Shown here one piece after another: positions 1 through 8,054 of a stretch of DNA of 45,763 nt. The stretch lies in the IMG/VR virus record IMGVR_UViG_3300045988_132303, one strand, 5' to 3'. The position numbers and the translations under genes were made by a program. A model generated the notes under the pieces. That model had not been told where the DNA came from. It worked only from the letters and a program-made list of their open reading frames with translations, and made no database searches. This DNA comes from a virus. Positions within the stretch are counted from its first letter, which is position 1; each line of letters opens with the position of its first letter.

Positions 1-55
1 AACGTCAGCGACAAAACCGAGAAGAAAAACGGTATGACCTACCTCTCATGGGCAT
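1..55. repeat. Terminal overlap, identical to 45709-45763
   Basis: Direct comparison of the two ends: aacgtcagcgacaaaaccgagaagaaaaacggtatgacctacctctcatgggcat at both. Confidence 0.95.
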
Positions 56-573
56 GGGCATGGGGAGAGCTGAAAAAGCTCCATCCGGATGCAACCTACA
101 CCGTCTACGAAAACAAGGACGGCTGGCTCTACCACACCGACGGTCGCACCTGCTGGGTAAAGACCGGTGTCACCGTAAACGGAATCGAGAACATCGAGTA
201 CCTGCCGGTCATGGATTTCCGCAACAACTCCATCCCGGCGGATAAGGTAACCTCCTACGACGTAAACAAAGCCGTCCAGAGATCTCTCACCAAATCCGTT
301 GCCCGTCACGGTCTCGGTCTTTACATCTATGCCGGAGAAGACCTCCCCGAAGGCGAGGAAAAGCCGCAGGAGAGACAGACCGAAAAGCCCCCGAAAGCCA
401 AACCCTCAGCCGAAATCACCTGCACCAAATGCGGAGTAAAGATCGAGCCGGTCATAGCCAAGACCGGCAAGACCATGACCGCGCAGGAGATTTCCGACTT
501 CTCAAGAAAGAAGTTCGGACAGTGCCTCTGCCCCGCCTGCCAAAAGATCGAGAATGAAAGAGCTAAAGCATGA
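1..573 (+). CDS. Rad52-like single-strand annealing protein (Sak/DUF1071-like) with C-terminal CxxC..CxxC zinc ribbon; the ORF really starts at 45670 and crosses the junction
   Basis: LSWAWAWGELKKLHP and YLPVMDFRNN motifs are typical of Sak-type SSAPs. The reading frame is continuous from ATG 45670. C-terminal CTKCG...CPAC. Confidence 0.7.
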   Translation, partial: NVSDKTEKKNGMTYLSWAWAWGELKKLHPDATYTVYENKDGWLYHTDGRTCWVKTGVTVNGIENIEYLPVMDFRNNSIPADKVTSYDVNKAVQRSLTKSVARHGLGLYIYAGEDLPEGEEKPQERQTEKPPKAKPSAEITCTKCGVKIEPVIAKTGKTMTAQEISDFSRKKFGQCLCPACQKIENERAKA

Positions 574-1100
574 AAGGCAGGATCGCCTCCGAAATAACCT
601 TCACCGCCGACCGGAAGCAGCGCGTCACAATAGAGCTTGACGAGGACTTCCGTCCGGCATGGGACGGGCTTCACGGAGAAGATGTCGAAATCACCGTTAA
701 GAAGTACCGCAAAAAGCGCAGCCTTGATTCGTCAGCCTACGCATGGGTGCTCCTCGACCGCCTCTCCGAAAAGCTCCGCATCCCGAAGGAAAGGATATAC
801 CGTTCCCTCATCCGCGACGTAGGCGGCAACTGCACGACCGTCTGCGTTCAGGATAAGGCGGTGGATAAGCTGACAGAATCATGGCAGAGAAACGGCATCG
901 GATGGGTCACCGACACCATGCCCTCAAAGCTGAAGGACTGTAAGATCGTGATCCTCTATTACGGCTCCTCCACCTACGACACCGCCCAGATGTCCCGCCT
1001 CCTTGATCTCATCATTGAGGAGTGCAAGGAGCAGGGCATCGAAACCAAAACCCCGAACGAGATCGCGGAGATGCTGAGCCTATGGGAAAACGCGAGATAA
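570..1100 (+). CDS. NinB/Orf-like recombination mediator (tentative)
   Basis: RSLDSSAYAWVLLDRLS resembles lambda NinB RSLDQNRKLWACLGDVS. ATGA overlap with the upstream gene. Sits in the recombination module. Confidence 0.4.
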   Translation: MKGRIASEITFTADRKQRVTIELDEDFRPAWDGLHGEDVEITVKKYRKKRSLDSSAYAWVLLDRLSEKLRIPKERIYRSLIRDVGGNCTTVCVQDKAVDKLTESWQRNGIGWVTDTMPSKLKDCKIVILYYGSSTYDTAQMSRLLDLIIEECKEQGIETKTPNEIAEMLSLWENAR

Positions 1101-1396
1101 AATCCGTCCTCAAGACCCGCCCCGGTCTGTGCTACCTCTGCAAAAGGCAAACCGAAACCTGTCTCCACCATGTGTACTTCGGCTTCAACCGCTGGATGTC
1201 CGACGAAAACGGCTTCGTCGTCTTTCTCTGCCCCGATTGCCATACCGAATCCCCCACATCAGCCCATAAATGCCGTGACACCGACCTTTACCTCAAGCGC
1301 AGATGTCAGGCGGCATACGAAAAAAACCACACAAGAGACGAGTTTATGCGCCTTGTGGGACGAAATTACTTAACCGAAAAGGAGAAAGAGAAATGA
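1082..1396 (+). CDS. HNH-type zinc-binding nuclease-like protein (NinG/DUF968-like, tentative)
   Basis: CYLC...HHVYFG.NR..S...G.VVFLCPDCH...H pattern. Start taken at ATG 1082. Confidence 0.4.
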   Translation: MGKREIKSVLKTRPGLCYLCKRQTETCLHHVYFGFNRWMSDENGFVVFLCPDCHTESPTSAHKCRDTDLYLKRRCQAAYEKNHTRDEFMRLVGRNYLTEKEKEK

Positions 1397-1680
1397 AAGA
1401 ACAGAACTACATCGTAAGAGCCGACAGAGCAGGAGTGTTATTCGGCAAAATCAAGGAGCGCAGCGGAAGCGAAGTCACCATGACCGACGTCCGCCGTATC
1501 TGGTACTGGGACGGTGCGGCATCCCTTTCGCAACTTGCCGTCGAGGGAACAAAAAAACCCCAAAATTGCAAGTTCACCATCTACGTCCCCGAGATGATTA
1601 TACTCGGAGTGATTGAGATTATCCCCTGCACCGCCGAGGCTGAAGTCAGCATAAAGGAAGTCCCGGAATGGAGAGTGTAA
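1393..1680 (+). CDS. Conserved phage hypothetical protein (RIWYWDGAASLSQLA motif)
   Basis: ATGA overlap at 1393-1396. I recall this motif from many phage early regions. Confidence 0.5.
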   Translation: MKEQNYIVRADRAGVLFGKIKERSGSEVTMTDVRRIWYWDGAASLSQLAVEGTKKPQNCKFTIYVPEMIILGVIEIIPCTAEAEVSIKEVPEWRV

Positions 1681-2234
1681 AAAAGTTTGTTGCTGTCAGA
1701 TGCGGCTCCGACTTCGGCTACGGCTACGGCTCCGGCTCCGGCTCCGGCTTCGGCTACGGCAACGGCTCCGGCTCCGGCTACGGAATTGCGTCGTACGACG
1801 GCAGAGATGTGCATCTGATTGATGACGTACAGACCATAATAACCGCCGTCTTCGGCAACGTAGCAAAAGGATATATCCTCGAAAACGATCTGACCCTCAC
1901 GCCATGCTACGTCGCAAAAAGCGGAAACACCTTTGCCCACGGAAATACATTAAAAGAGGCAATCGATGCACTGCACGAAAAGCTCTTTGATGATATGCCC
2001 GAAGAAGACCGCATCGCAGAATTCTTCAAAACCCACAGCCCCGGCGTGAAATATCCCGCAAAAGATCTCTTTGTGTGGCACAACAGGCTCACCGGAAGCT
2101 GCGAAGCCGGACGGATGTCCTTCGCCCGAAGTCACGACATAGACCTCGAGAATGACACCTTTACCATAGAGGAGTTCGTCAGCCTCTGCAAAGACAGTTA
2201 CGGCGGGAAAACTATAAAGAAGCTCCTCGGATAA
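1668..2234 (+). CDS. Hypothetical protein with N-terminal Gly-Tyr/Gly-Ser dipeptide repeat
   Basis: FGYGYGSGSGSGFGYGNGSGSGYG is encoded by 12 tandem GGC-NNC hexamers (1713-1784). Confidence 0.55.
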   Translation: MESVKKFVAVRCGSDFGYGYGSGSGSGFGYGNGSGSGYGIASYDGRDVHLIDDVQTIITAVFGNVAKGYILENDLTLTPCYVAKSGNTFAHGNTLKEAIDALHEKLFDDMPEEDRIAEFFKTHSPGVKYPAKDLFVWHNRLTGSCEAGRMSFARSHDIDLENDTFTIEEFVSLCKDSYGGKTIKKLLG

Positions 2235-2541
2235 CCCCTCAGACAGCCTGATGACAGCCGGCAAAGACCGACCGCCCGACGGAGCGCATCCGTCCCAGTA
2301 TCAAGCCTCGCCAAAGTACACGGCGAATGAGCGCGGAGAGATATGGCGACACTCCCGCGCCGGAGATGTGACTGTACGGCGTTACCCGCAGACGCTATCA
2401 CATCAGCGGGACACCGGAACGTAACTCAACAGCAGAGAACACCGCACGCGGCGGGGTATGAAGGTGCAATTCCTTCCGTTCCGACCAGCCGAAAGGCATA
2501 AAAAATACCGAAAAACAATTTCGAAAGGAGATTTTCCCAAG
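2235..2541 (+). ncRNA. Gene-free GC-rich region with nested helices; candidate structured RNA or cis element
   Basis: 307 nt with no credible ORF, in an otherwise overlap-packed operon. Several 5-8 bp helices, including stacked and nested ones (see finding). Confidence 0.3.
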
Positions 2542-2784
2542 ATGAACGCTACAACACAATGCTTTAAGGTGCTTGAACACCTGAAGTACATAGGGGCTCT
2601 CACACAAGCGCAGGCGCTTGAGCTGTACGGCGTTGCCCGTCTCACTTCCCACGTCAACGACCTTAAAAGGAAGGGGATTGTAATCAACACAAGGACGATC
2701 CCCGCAATCAACCGCTTCGGCGAGAGAGTGCGTGTCGCCGAGTACAGTTTACCGAAGGGAGAGCAAAAGGATGAGCAATCTTAA
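2542..2784 (+). CDS. Small winged-helix/HTH DNA-binding protein
   Basis: ALTQAQALELYGVARLTSHVNDLKRKG helix-turn-helix-like segment. AAAGGAG RBS upstream of ATG 2542. Confidence 0.5.
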   Translation: MNATTQCFKVLEHLKYIGALTQAQALELYGVARLTSHVNDLKRKGIVINTRTIPAINRFGERVRVAEYSLPKGEQKDEQS

Positions 2785-3229
2785 CTTTAACCAAGTCATA
2801 CTCGCCGGTCGGCTGACCGCAGACCCGGATGTCCGCACGACACCGCAGGGCAAACAGGTGCTTCAGGCAAGCATCGCAGTCAACCGCGACCGCAGAGACG
2901 GAAACGAGCAGACGGATTTCATTGACTTCGTCGCATGGGAAAAGAGAGCCGAGTTTATCTCAAAGTACTTCCGCAAGGGAAGCGCGATCCTGATATCCGG
3001 CAAGGTACAGACCCGCATATGGACGGACAAAAACGACCAGAAGCGGAAATCGGTCGAGGTGCTTGTCGATGACGCAAGATTTGTTGACGGAAAATCCGAC
3101 ACCGCGCAGAACACTCAGAAATCGCCCACAGCGAACGAAAGCGCCGGAGCGCCTGCTTATATTCCCGACGCATACAAAGCCCCGCAGTTTGAAGAAATGG
3201 CGGGCGACGACAGCGATTTGCCGTTCTGA
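2771..3229 (+). CDS. ssb: Single-stranded DNA-binding protein
   Basis: N-terminal OB-fold motif NQVILAGRLTADPDVR. Acidic C-terminal tail DDSDLPF. Confidence 0.9.
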   Translation: MSNLNFNQVILAGRLTADPDVRTTPQGKQVLQASIAVNRDRRDGNEQTDFIDFVAWEKRAEFISKYFRKGSAILISGKVQTRIWTDKNDQKRKSVEVLVDDARFVDGKSDTAQNTQKSPTANESAGAPAYIPDAYKAPQFEEMAGDDSDLPF

Positions 3230-3252
3230 TAGAGAAAACAAGGAGAGAAGCA

Positions 3253-4128
3253 ATGTCGCGTCCGATGAGGGACGGGGTCGATTACTTTCCGAAGGATACG
3301 GACTTTTACAACGATGATAAAGTCCGTATGTTGAGAAGCGAGTTCGGCATAAAGGGTATGTACCTTCTGGACTACCTGCTATGCGACCTATATGGTAAAA
3401 ACGGATATTACATGAACTGGAACGGTGACAAGTGCTACCTTGTGTCTGATGGTGCGGGATGTGGTTGTGATTCCAAGTTCGTTGAGGAGTTCATTCAGGG
3501 TTGCGTGAGGCGTTCCTTCTTTGATGAAGGGATGTTCACAAAGTTTGGGGTGCTGACATCTCAAGGTATCCAGCGGCGCTATATACGGATGCTCAACAAC
3601 CGCAAAAACATAATACTCAACCGAGAATACTTCTTACTGGACGTGTCAAATGACAATGACGTTCCGGGGGGTGTTCTTGAAAAGATTACTTTTATCGGCG
3701 AAACCATTAATGGAAACCCCGATAAAAGTAATGGAAACCCCGATAAAAGTAATGGAAACCCCATAAAGAAAAAAGAAAATAAAATAAAAGAAAATAAAAC
3801 AAATTATCAAGAGGTCGTTGACCTCTTCCATGACACTTGCGTGTCATATCCTCGTGTGACCGCTCTTTCGGACAAGCGAAAGACAGCAATCGGGGCAAGG
3901 ATGAAAATGTATTCTATCGATGATTTCCGGCGGATGTTTGAGAAGGCAGAAGCAAGCGATTTTCTTAAAGGCGCAAATAGCCGTAACTGGAGAGCAAACT
4001 TCGACTGGCTTATGTGCGATTCGAACTTTGCTAAAGTCCTCGACGGAAACTACGATAACCGGGGAACAACCGGGAAAGGAGATACAGGCAACGTCTTCCT
4101 GAAGATGTTGCAGGACGAGTATGGATAA
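3253..4128 (+). CDS. Replisome organizer / replication initiation protein (DUF4373 Lin1244-like N-terminus, DnaD-like C-terminus)
   Basis: VDYFPKDTDFYNDDKVRMLRSEFGIKGMYLLDYLL and NWRANFDWLM..NFAKVLDGNY motifs. Internal iterons. Confidence 0.75.
   Translation: MSRPMRDGVDYFPKDTDFYNDDKVRMLRSEFGIKGMYLLDYLLCDLYGKNGYYMNWNGDKCYLVSDGAGCGCDSKFVEEFIQGCVRRSFFDEGMFTKFGVLTSQGIQRRYIRMLNNRKNIILNREYFLLDVSNDNDVPGGVLEKITFIGETINGNPDKSNGNPDKSNGNPIKKKENKIKENKTNYQEVVDLFHDTCVSYPRVTALSDKRKTAIGARMKMYSIDDFRRMFEKAEASDFLKGANSRNWRANFDWLMCDSNFAKVLDGNYDNRGTTGKGDTGNVFLKMLQDEYG
3709..3768. repeat. About 2.9 tandem copies of the 21-bp unit aatggaaaccccgataaaagt (candidate iterons)
   Basis: Copies at 3709-3729, 3730-3750 and a partial copy at 3751-3768. 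Followed by an A/T-rich tract at 3769-3806 and an 8-bp-arm inverted repeat at 3809-3827. Confidence 0.8.
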
Positions 4129-4726
4129 GAAAGATATACTTGAGTGCCTGTCACTGCTGAAGGTTGCGTATCCGTACATATACCGCGATATAAGCGACGG
4201 TGACGCAAAAGCGCTTGTAAACCTATGGAGCTTCAGCTTTGCCGACAGCGATCCGCAGACCGTGAAGTTTGCCGTGTCCGAGCTGATAAAGAGATCAAGC
4301 TACGCGCCATCTATCGCGGATATAAGGGATTACATATCAAGCATGGAGGATATCGCTTCCGGCACACCCTCCGACAGTCAGATGTGGTCAATCCTTCTCC
4401 GTGCCGTGCGAAACGGGTACTACAACTTCCGTGAGGAGTTCGAAAAACTCCCGGACGAGCTTAAGGCTTACGTCGGACAGCCGGAGCAGCTCCGGGCATG
4501 GGCGCAGATAGACGAATCGATCTTCAACTCGGTTCATCAAAGCAACTTCATGAAAAACTTCAAGGCATCTCGGCAGCGCGTGAAGGACAGCAAGCTCCTC
4601 TCGCCCGAAGTAAAACAGCTCCTGCTTGCGCAGAAGGAACGAATGAGTATGCCAGGAGACAGACTGCTCCCGGACGAAAACGAGCGCAGGAACGCGGTTC
4701 TGGATGCTCTGGAGGCAGGAAAATGA
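4121..4726 (+). CDS. Helicase loader, SPP1 G39P-like
   Basis: LLKVAYPYIY...LVNLWSFSFADSDPQTVKFAVSELIKRSSYAPSIADI matches the G39P loader pattern. Confidence 0.65.
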   Translation: MDKKDILECLSLLKVAYPYIYRDISDGDAKALVNLWSFSFADSDPQTVKFAVSELIKRSSYAPSIADIRDYISSMEDIASGTPSDSQMWSILLRAVRNGYYNFREEFEKLPDELKAYVGQPEQLRAWAQIDESIFNSVHQSNFMKNFKASRQRVKDSKLLSPEVKQLLLAQKERMSMPGDRLLPDENERRNAVLDALEAGK

Positions 4727-4974
4727 AAGAGAATCCGGCAGACAAAATCAAAGATACCATGTGGGGCTTCCTGATGACTTACGGGCAGAAGGAAAATATC
4801 CCGGCGCTGAAAGAGCACTGCTACGATCTGATACAGATGCTGACGCAGAAAACTGCGGGGCAGAGAAAAAACAAGCCGAGCGATATCTCATGGGAAGAGC
4901 TTGATATGACGATACAGTCAATTGCCATTGAAGCCGTCGCACTTGTGCTTTCGGGGAGGCTTGACGAACTATGA
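4723..4974 (+). CDS. Hypothetical protein
   Basis: ATGA overlaps at both ends. Start at ATG 4723. Confidence 0.5.
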   Translation: MKENPADKIKDTMWGFLMTYGQKENIPALKEHCYDLIQMLTQKTAGQRKNKPSDISWEELDMTIQSIAIEAVALVLSGRLDEL

Positions 4975-5453
4975 TCAGCAATTACAAGCTGAGAAAAAAA
5001 TATCATTACTGTGTCACGTGCGGAAAGCAGGACAGCTACACGCTGAACGGTCGCGCGAGATGTCAGGAGTGCAATGAGGAGCAGAACGCTTATCAGAGAG
5101 AGCATCCGGAGTATAATCGGCATCGCGCCGAAAGGCAACGGAATTTATACAAAGAGCGAAAAGACAGCGGGATATGCGTAAGGTGCGGGAAACGCCCTGC
5201 AGCGCCGGGAAAAACGCGGTGCGGTGTTTGCCTTGCAAAAGACAAAACCGCGCACAGGAGTGACACAAGCCGTCCAACGGCGGCAGGAAGCGGGCTGTGT
5301 TACACGTGCCTGAAAAATCCGTGCAAGCCGGGATATAAAGTCTGCCCGGAATGCTATGACAGATCTGCTGAAAGTCTTAAACTCGCAAGAGCAAGCATCA
5401 CGGAGAGAAAGCCGTTTCTGTTCGGAAGATATGCAGAAGGGAGAGTAAAATGA
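4971..5453 (+). CDS. Hypothetical protein with three tandem CxxC-N-CxxC zinc ribbons
   Basis: CVTCG..CQEC, CVRCG..CGVC and CYTC..CPEC. Confidence 0.55.
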   Translation: MISNYKLRKKYHYCVTCGKQDSYTLNGRARCQECNEEQNAYQREHPEYNRHRAERQRNLYKERKDSGICVRCGKRPAAPGKTRCGVCLAKDKTAHRSDTSRPTAAGSGLCYTCLKNPCKPGYKVCPECYDRSAESLKLARASITERKPFLFGRYAEGRVK

Positions 5454-6487
5454 CCCACACCAAAGGCGAACTTCAGCAGATGCAGTCCCTCCCGCTCGAC
5501 CTTAAGATAGCGATGACAGAGCGCCGGATACGCGAGTTTTACGACTACTACGACGGCATGGTGTCGGTCAGCTTCAGCGGCGGCAAGGACAGCACGGTGC
5601 TGCTTGATATCACAAGGCGCTTATATCCCGATGTGCCGGCGGTTTTCGTCAACACCGGCTTAGAGTACCCCGAAGTGCAAACCTTCGCCAAATCGCAGGA
5701 AAATGTCATCGTGCTTCGTCCGGCGATGCGCTTCGATGAGGTAATACGCAGGTACGGATATCCCATGATAAGCAAGAAAACATCGCTTATACTGTACTAT
5801 GCCAAAAAAAGAAAAGCCGGATGGGCTTTCCTGAATCTCGAAGGCAAAAATGCCGACGGCTCCGATTCTTGGTATAAGCAGAGGCACATGAAGTTCGCAC
5901 CGCTTCTGAAAGCCGATTTTTGCTTATCTCACTACTGCTGCGAGAAAATGAAAGAAAATCCGCTTGATAGCTACCATAGAAAGACCGGAAGAAAACCCAT
6001 TGTCGCAACCATGGCTTGCGAGAGCGGAAGAAGAGAGCAGGCATGGATGAAGACCGGATGCAATATCGTCGGCACGAAAACCGCCGTATCAAAGCCCATG
6101 AGCTTCTGGACGGAACAGGATGTCCTGCGCTACATAAAGGAGCGGGATCTCCCTATCGCCTCCGTCTACGGCGAGATCGTACCCGAAAGCGATCCCGGAC
6201 AGGTGACCATCGACGACTTCGGATGCGACAGCGGATGCAAGCTCTGCACTACCGGAGCAAAGAGAACCGGATGTATCTTCTGCGGCTTCGGTGCGCACCT
6301 TGAAAAAGGCGAGACCCGCTTTCAGAGACTTAAGCGCACGCATCCAAAGCAGTACGCCTACTGTCTCGGAGGAGGGGCATATGACAAGGACGGTCTGTGG
6401 AAGCCGGACAAAAACGGTCTCGGCATGAAGCACGTCTTCGATGTTCTCAACGAAATCTACGGAAAGGACTTTATCAGATATGAGTAA
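5450..6487 (+). CDS. Phosphoadenosine-phosphosulfate-reductase-family (PP-loop) protein, IbrA/DndC-like, with Cys cluster
   Basis: SFSGGKDSTVLLD PP-loop. MACESGRREQAW motif. C-terminal CKLCTTGAKRTGCIFCGF cluster. Confidence 0.8.
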   Translation: MTHTKGELQQMQSLPLDLKIAMTERRIREFYDYYDGMVSVSFSGGKDSTVLLDITRRLYPDVPAVFVNTGLEYPEVQTFAKSQENVIVLRPAMRFDEVIRRYGYPMISKKTSLILYYAKKRKAGWAFLNLEGKNADGSDSWYKQRHMKFAPLLKADFCLSHYCCEKMKENPLDSYHRKTGRKPIVATMACESGRREQAWMKTGCNIVGTKTAVSKPMSFWTEQDVLRYIKERDLPIASVYGEIVPESDPGQVTIDDFGCDSGCKLCTTGAKRTGCIFCGFGAHLEKGETRFQRLKRTHPKQYAYCLGGGAYDKDGLWKPDKNGLGMKHVFDVLNEIYGKDFIRYE

Positions 6488-6815
6488 ATACCACAACCGC
6501 AAAACCACCCTCCCCACCGGCGAGACCTTCGACAGCCAGCGTGAAGCGCTCCGGTACATAGACCTTGCCTTCCTCGCAAAAACCGGATACATAACCGACC
6601 TGAAGCGTCAGGTAAAATTCACCCTGATCCCGAAGCAGCGCCTGAAATCCGGCAAAGCCCTCCGCGAATGCGCATACGTCGCAGACTTCACCTACACCGA
6701 CACCCGCACCGGAGAGCATATCGTCGAGGACGTAAAGGGACACCGCACACCGGAGTATATCATCAAGAAAAAGCTCATGCTCCACCTCTACGGAATCGAG
6801 GTGACGGAGACGTGA
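6480..6815 (+). CDS. DUF1064-family protein (putative endonuclease/resolvase-like)
   Basis: SKYHNRKT...FDSQREALRY...YVADFTY...EDVKG pattern typical of DUF1064. Confidence 0.65.
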   Translation: MSKYHNRKTTLPTGETFDSQREALRYIDLAFLAKTGYITDLKRQVKFTLIPKQRLKSGKALRECAYVADFTYTDTRTGEHIVEDVKGHRTPEYIIKKKLMLHLYGIEVTET

Positions 6816-7483
6816 AAGTGCTTGTCGCCTGTGAAGAATCGCAGAGAGTTTGCACCGCCTTCCGCGAGAAAGGACACGAGGCGTACTCCTGCGACATACA
6901 GGAGTGTTCCGGCGGACATCCGGAGTGGCACATAAGAGGCGACGCCCTGGAAGCCCTGAAAGGCGGGATCATCCTCACCGACGACTGGGCGATGCACGAT
7001 ATAGGCAAGTGGGATATGCTGATAGCACACCCGCCGTGTACGTATCTTTCAGCCGTCACGACACGGCATCTGTCCCTTCGCGTCACCCCTCCGGAAAAAG
7101 TTGTAAGCCGGATGTGGAATCTTGCGGAAGCTGCGGTGTTCTTCATGAACTTCGCCCTTGCGGATATCCCGAAAATCGCCATAGAAAACCCGAAAGGATA
7201 TATGGCGCGTTTGTGGAGGAAACCCGATCAGATGATACACCCGTATTACTTTGCTGAAAGCGAAGAGGACGAAAGCTACGAGAAGAAAGGAACTTGCCTG
7301 TGGCTGAAGGGACTTCCTCCGCTGCAAAGAACCTCTCATCTGCCAGAGCCGAAACCGAAAAGTTTTTCTCCGCACACCGGAAAGGCATACTATTTCGAGG
7401 AATCCGTAACAACCGACCGGGCAAAGAACCGGAGCAAAACATTTCCCGCCGTTGCAAGGGCAATGGCAGAACAGTGGGGCTGA
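6812..7483 (+). CDS. DNA cytosine-C5 methyltransferase-like protein lacking the FxGxG SAM loop
   Basis: GTG start in a GTGA overlap. HPPCTYLS (motif IV-like). IAIENPKG (motif VI-like). N-terminus reads VLVACEESQ instead of a glycine loop. Confidence 0.55.
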   Translation: MKVLVACEESQRVCTAFREKGHEAYSCDIQECSGGHPEWHIRGDALEALKGGIILTDDWAMHDIGKWDMLIAHPPCTYLSAVTTRHLSLRVTPPEKVVSRMWNLAEAAVFFMNFALADIPKIAIENPKGYMARLWRKPDQMIHPYYFAESEEDESYEKKGTCLWLKGLPPLQRTSHLPEPKPKSFSPHTGKAYYFEESVTTDRAKNRSKTFPAVARAMAEQWG

Positions 7484-7484
7484 T

Positions 7485-7664
7485 ATGACCTTCGCCAAAA
7501 CCCTCCACCAGCAGGGCAAGCTCACCCGCATCCACCCGGAGCGGAAAATAAAGCACAACCCCGACCCTCTCCACCCGGACGAGATCGAGATGTGCCTGAC
7601 CTGCGAAAAGAAAACCTGTCGCGGATGCGAAAATAAATTCAGAGAAATGAGGAAAACAACATGA
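7485..7664 (+). CDS. Small hypothetical protein with CxxC..CxxC
   Basis: CLTCEKKTCRGC. Start at ATG 7485, just after the upstream stop. Confidence 0.45.
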   Translation: MTFAKTLHQQGKLTRIHPERKIKHNPDPLHPDEIEMCLTCEKKTCRGCENKFREMRKTT

Positions 7665-8041
7665 AAAAACTTATTAAAGCCGCCATTATCGTAATGTTAG
7701 CGATGCTTCTTGCCTCCTGCACAGAGGCGGACAAAGTCAATTCCAACCTGTCAAAACAGGCGGAATATTTCGAGTGCGAACGCCGCGTGACGGTGTATAA
7801 CGCAAGAACCGACCAAGTGATACTCTATACCGAAGGATACCTCAACATCGCCAACAACAATCACAACGAGCTTGTGATAACCGCCAAGGTCGGCGCAAAT
7901 GAGTATAAGAAAAATTATGTATACCTCAACGCATACACCCTGTACGTCGTTGAGGACATAACCGGAACGCATACCGATCCGTATCACTACAAGCTGTATT
8001 TCCATACGGAATTTCCGGTTGACATTGACCCAAAGCCGTAA
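7661..8041 (+). CDS. Lipoprotein
   Basis: Signal peptide with lipobox: MKKLIKAAIIVMLAMLLAS|C. Confidence 0.7.
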   Translation: MKKLIKAAIIVMLAMLLASCTEADKVNSNLSKQAEYFECERRVTVYNARTDQVILYTEGYLNIANNNHNELVITAKVGANEYKKNYVYLNAYTLYVVEDITGTHTDPYHYKLYFHTEFPVDIDPKP

Positions 8042-8054
8042 GGAGGAATGAAGA

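Noticed and set aside
2398-2711. Minus-strand ORFs 2398..2652 and 2403..2711 as explanations for the gene-free region
   Set aside because: They run antisense into the HTH gene, lack an RBS and have an Arg/Cys/Ser-rich composition typical of spurious frames in GC-rich DNA.
3709-3768. Could the 21-bp tandem repeats be a mini CRISPR array?
   Set aside because: The repeats are contiguous with no spacers, lie in frame inside a replication gene and have no cas context. They are iterons, or a coding repeat.
6668-6811. Long ATG-start version (6668) of the methyltransferase-like ORF
   Set aside because: The first 48 codons overlap the DUF1064 gene in another frame and encode an Arg/His-rich junk-like peptide. 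GTG 6812, in a GTGA overlap with purine-rich RBS-like sequence upstream, is the more plausible start.
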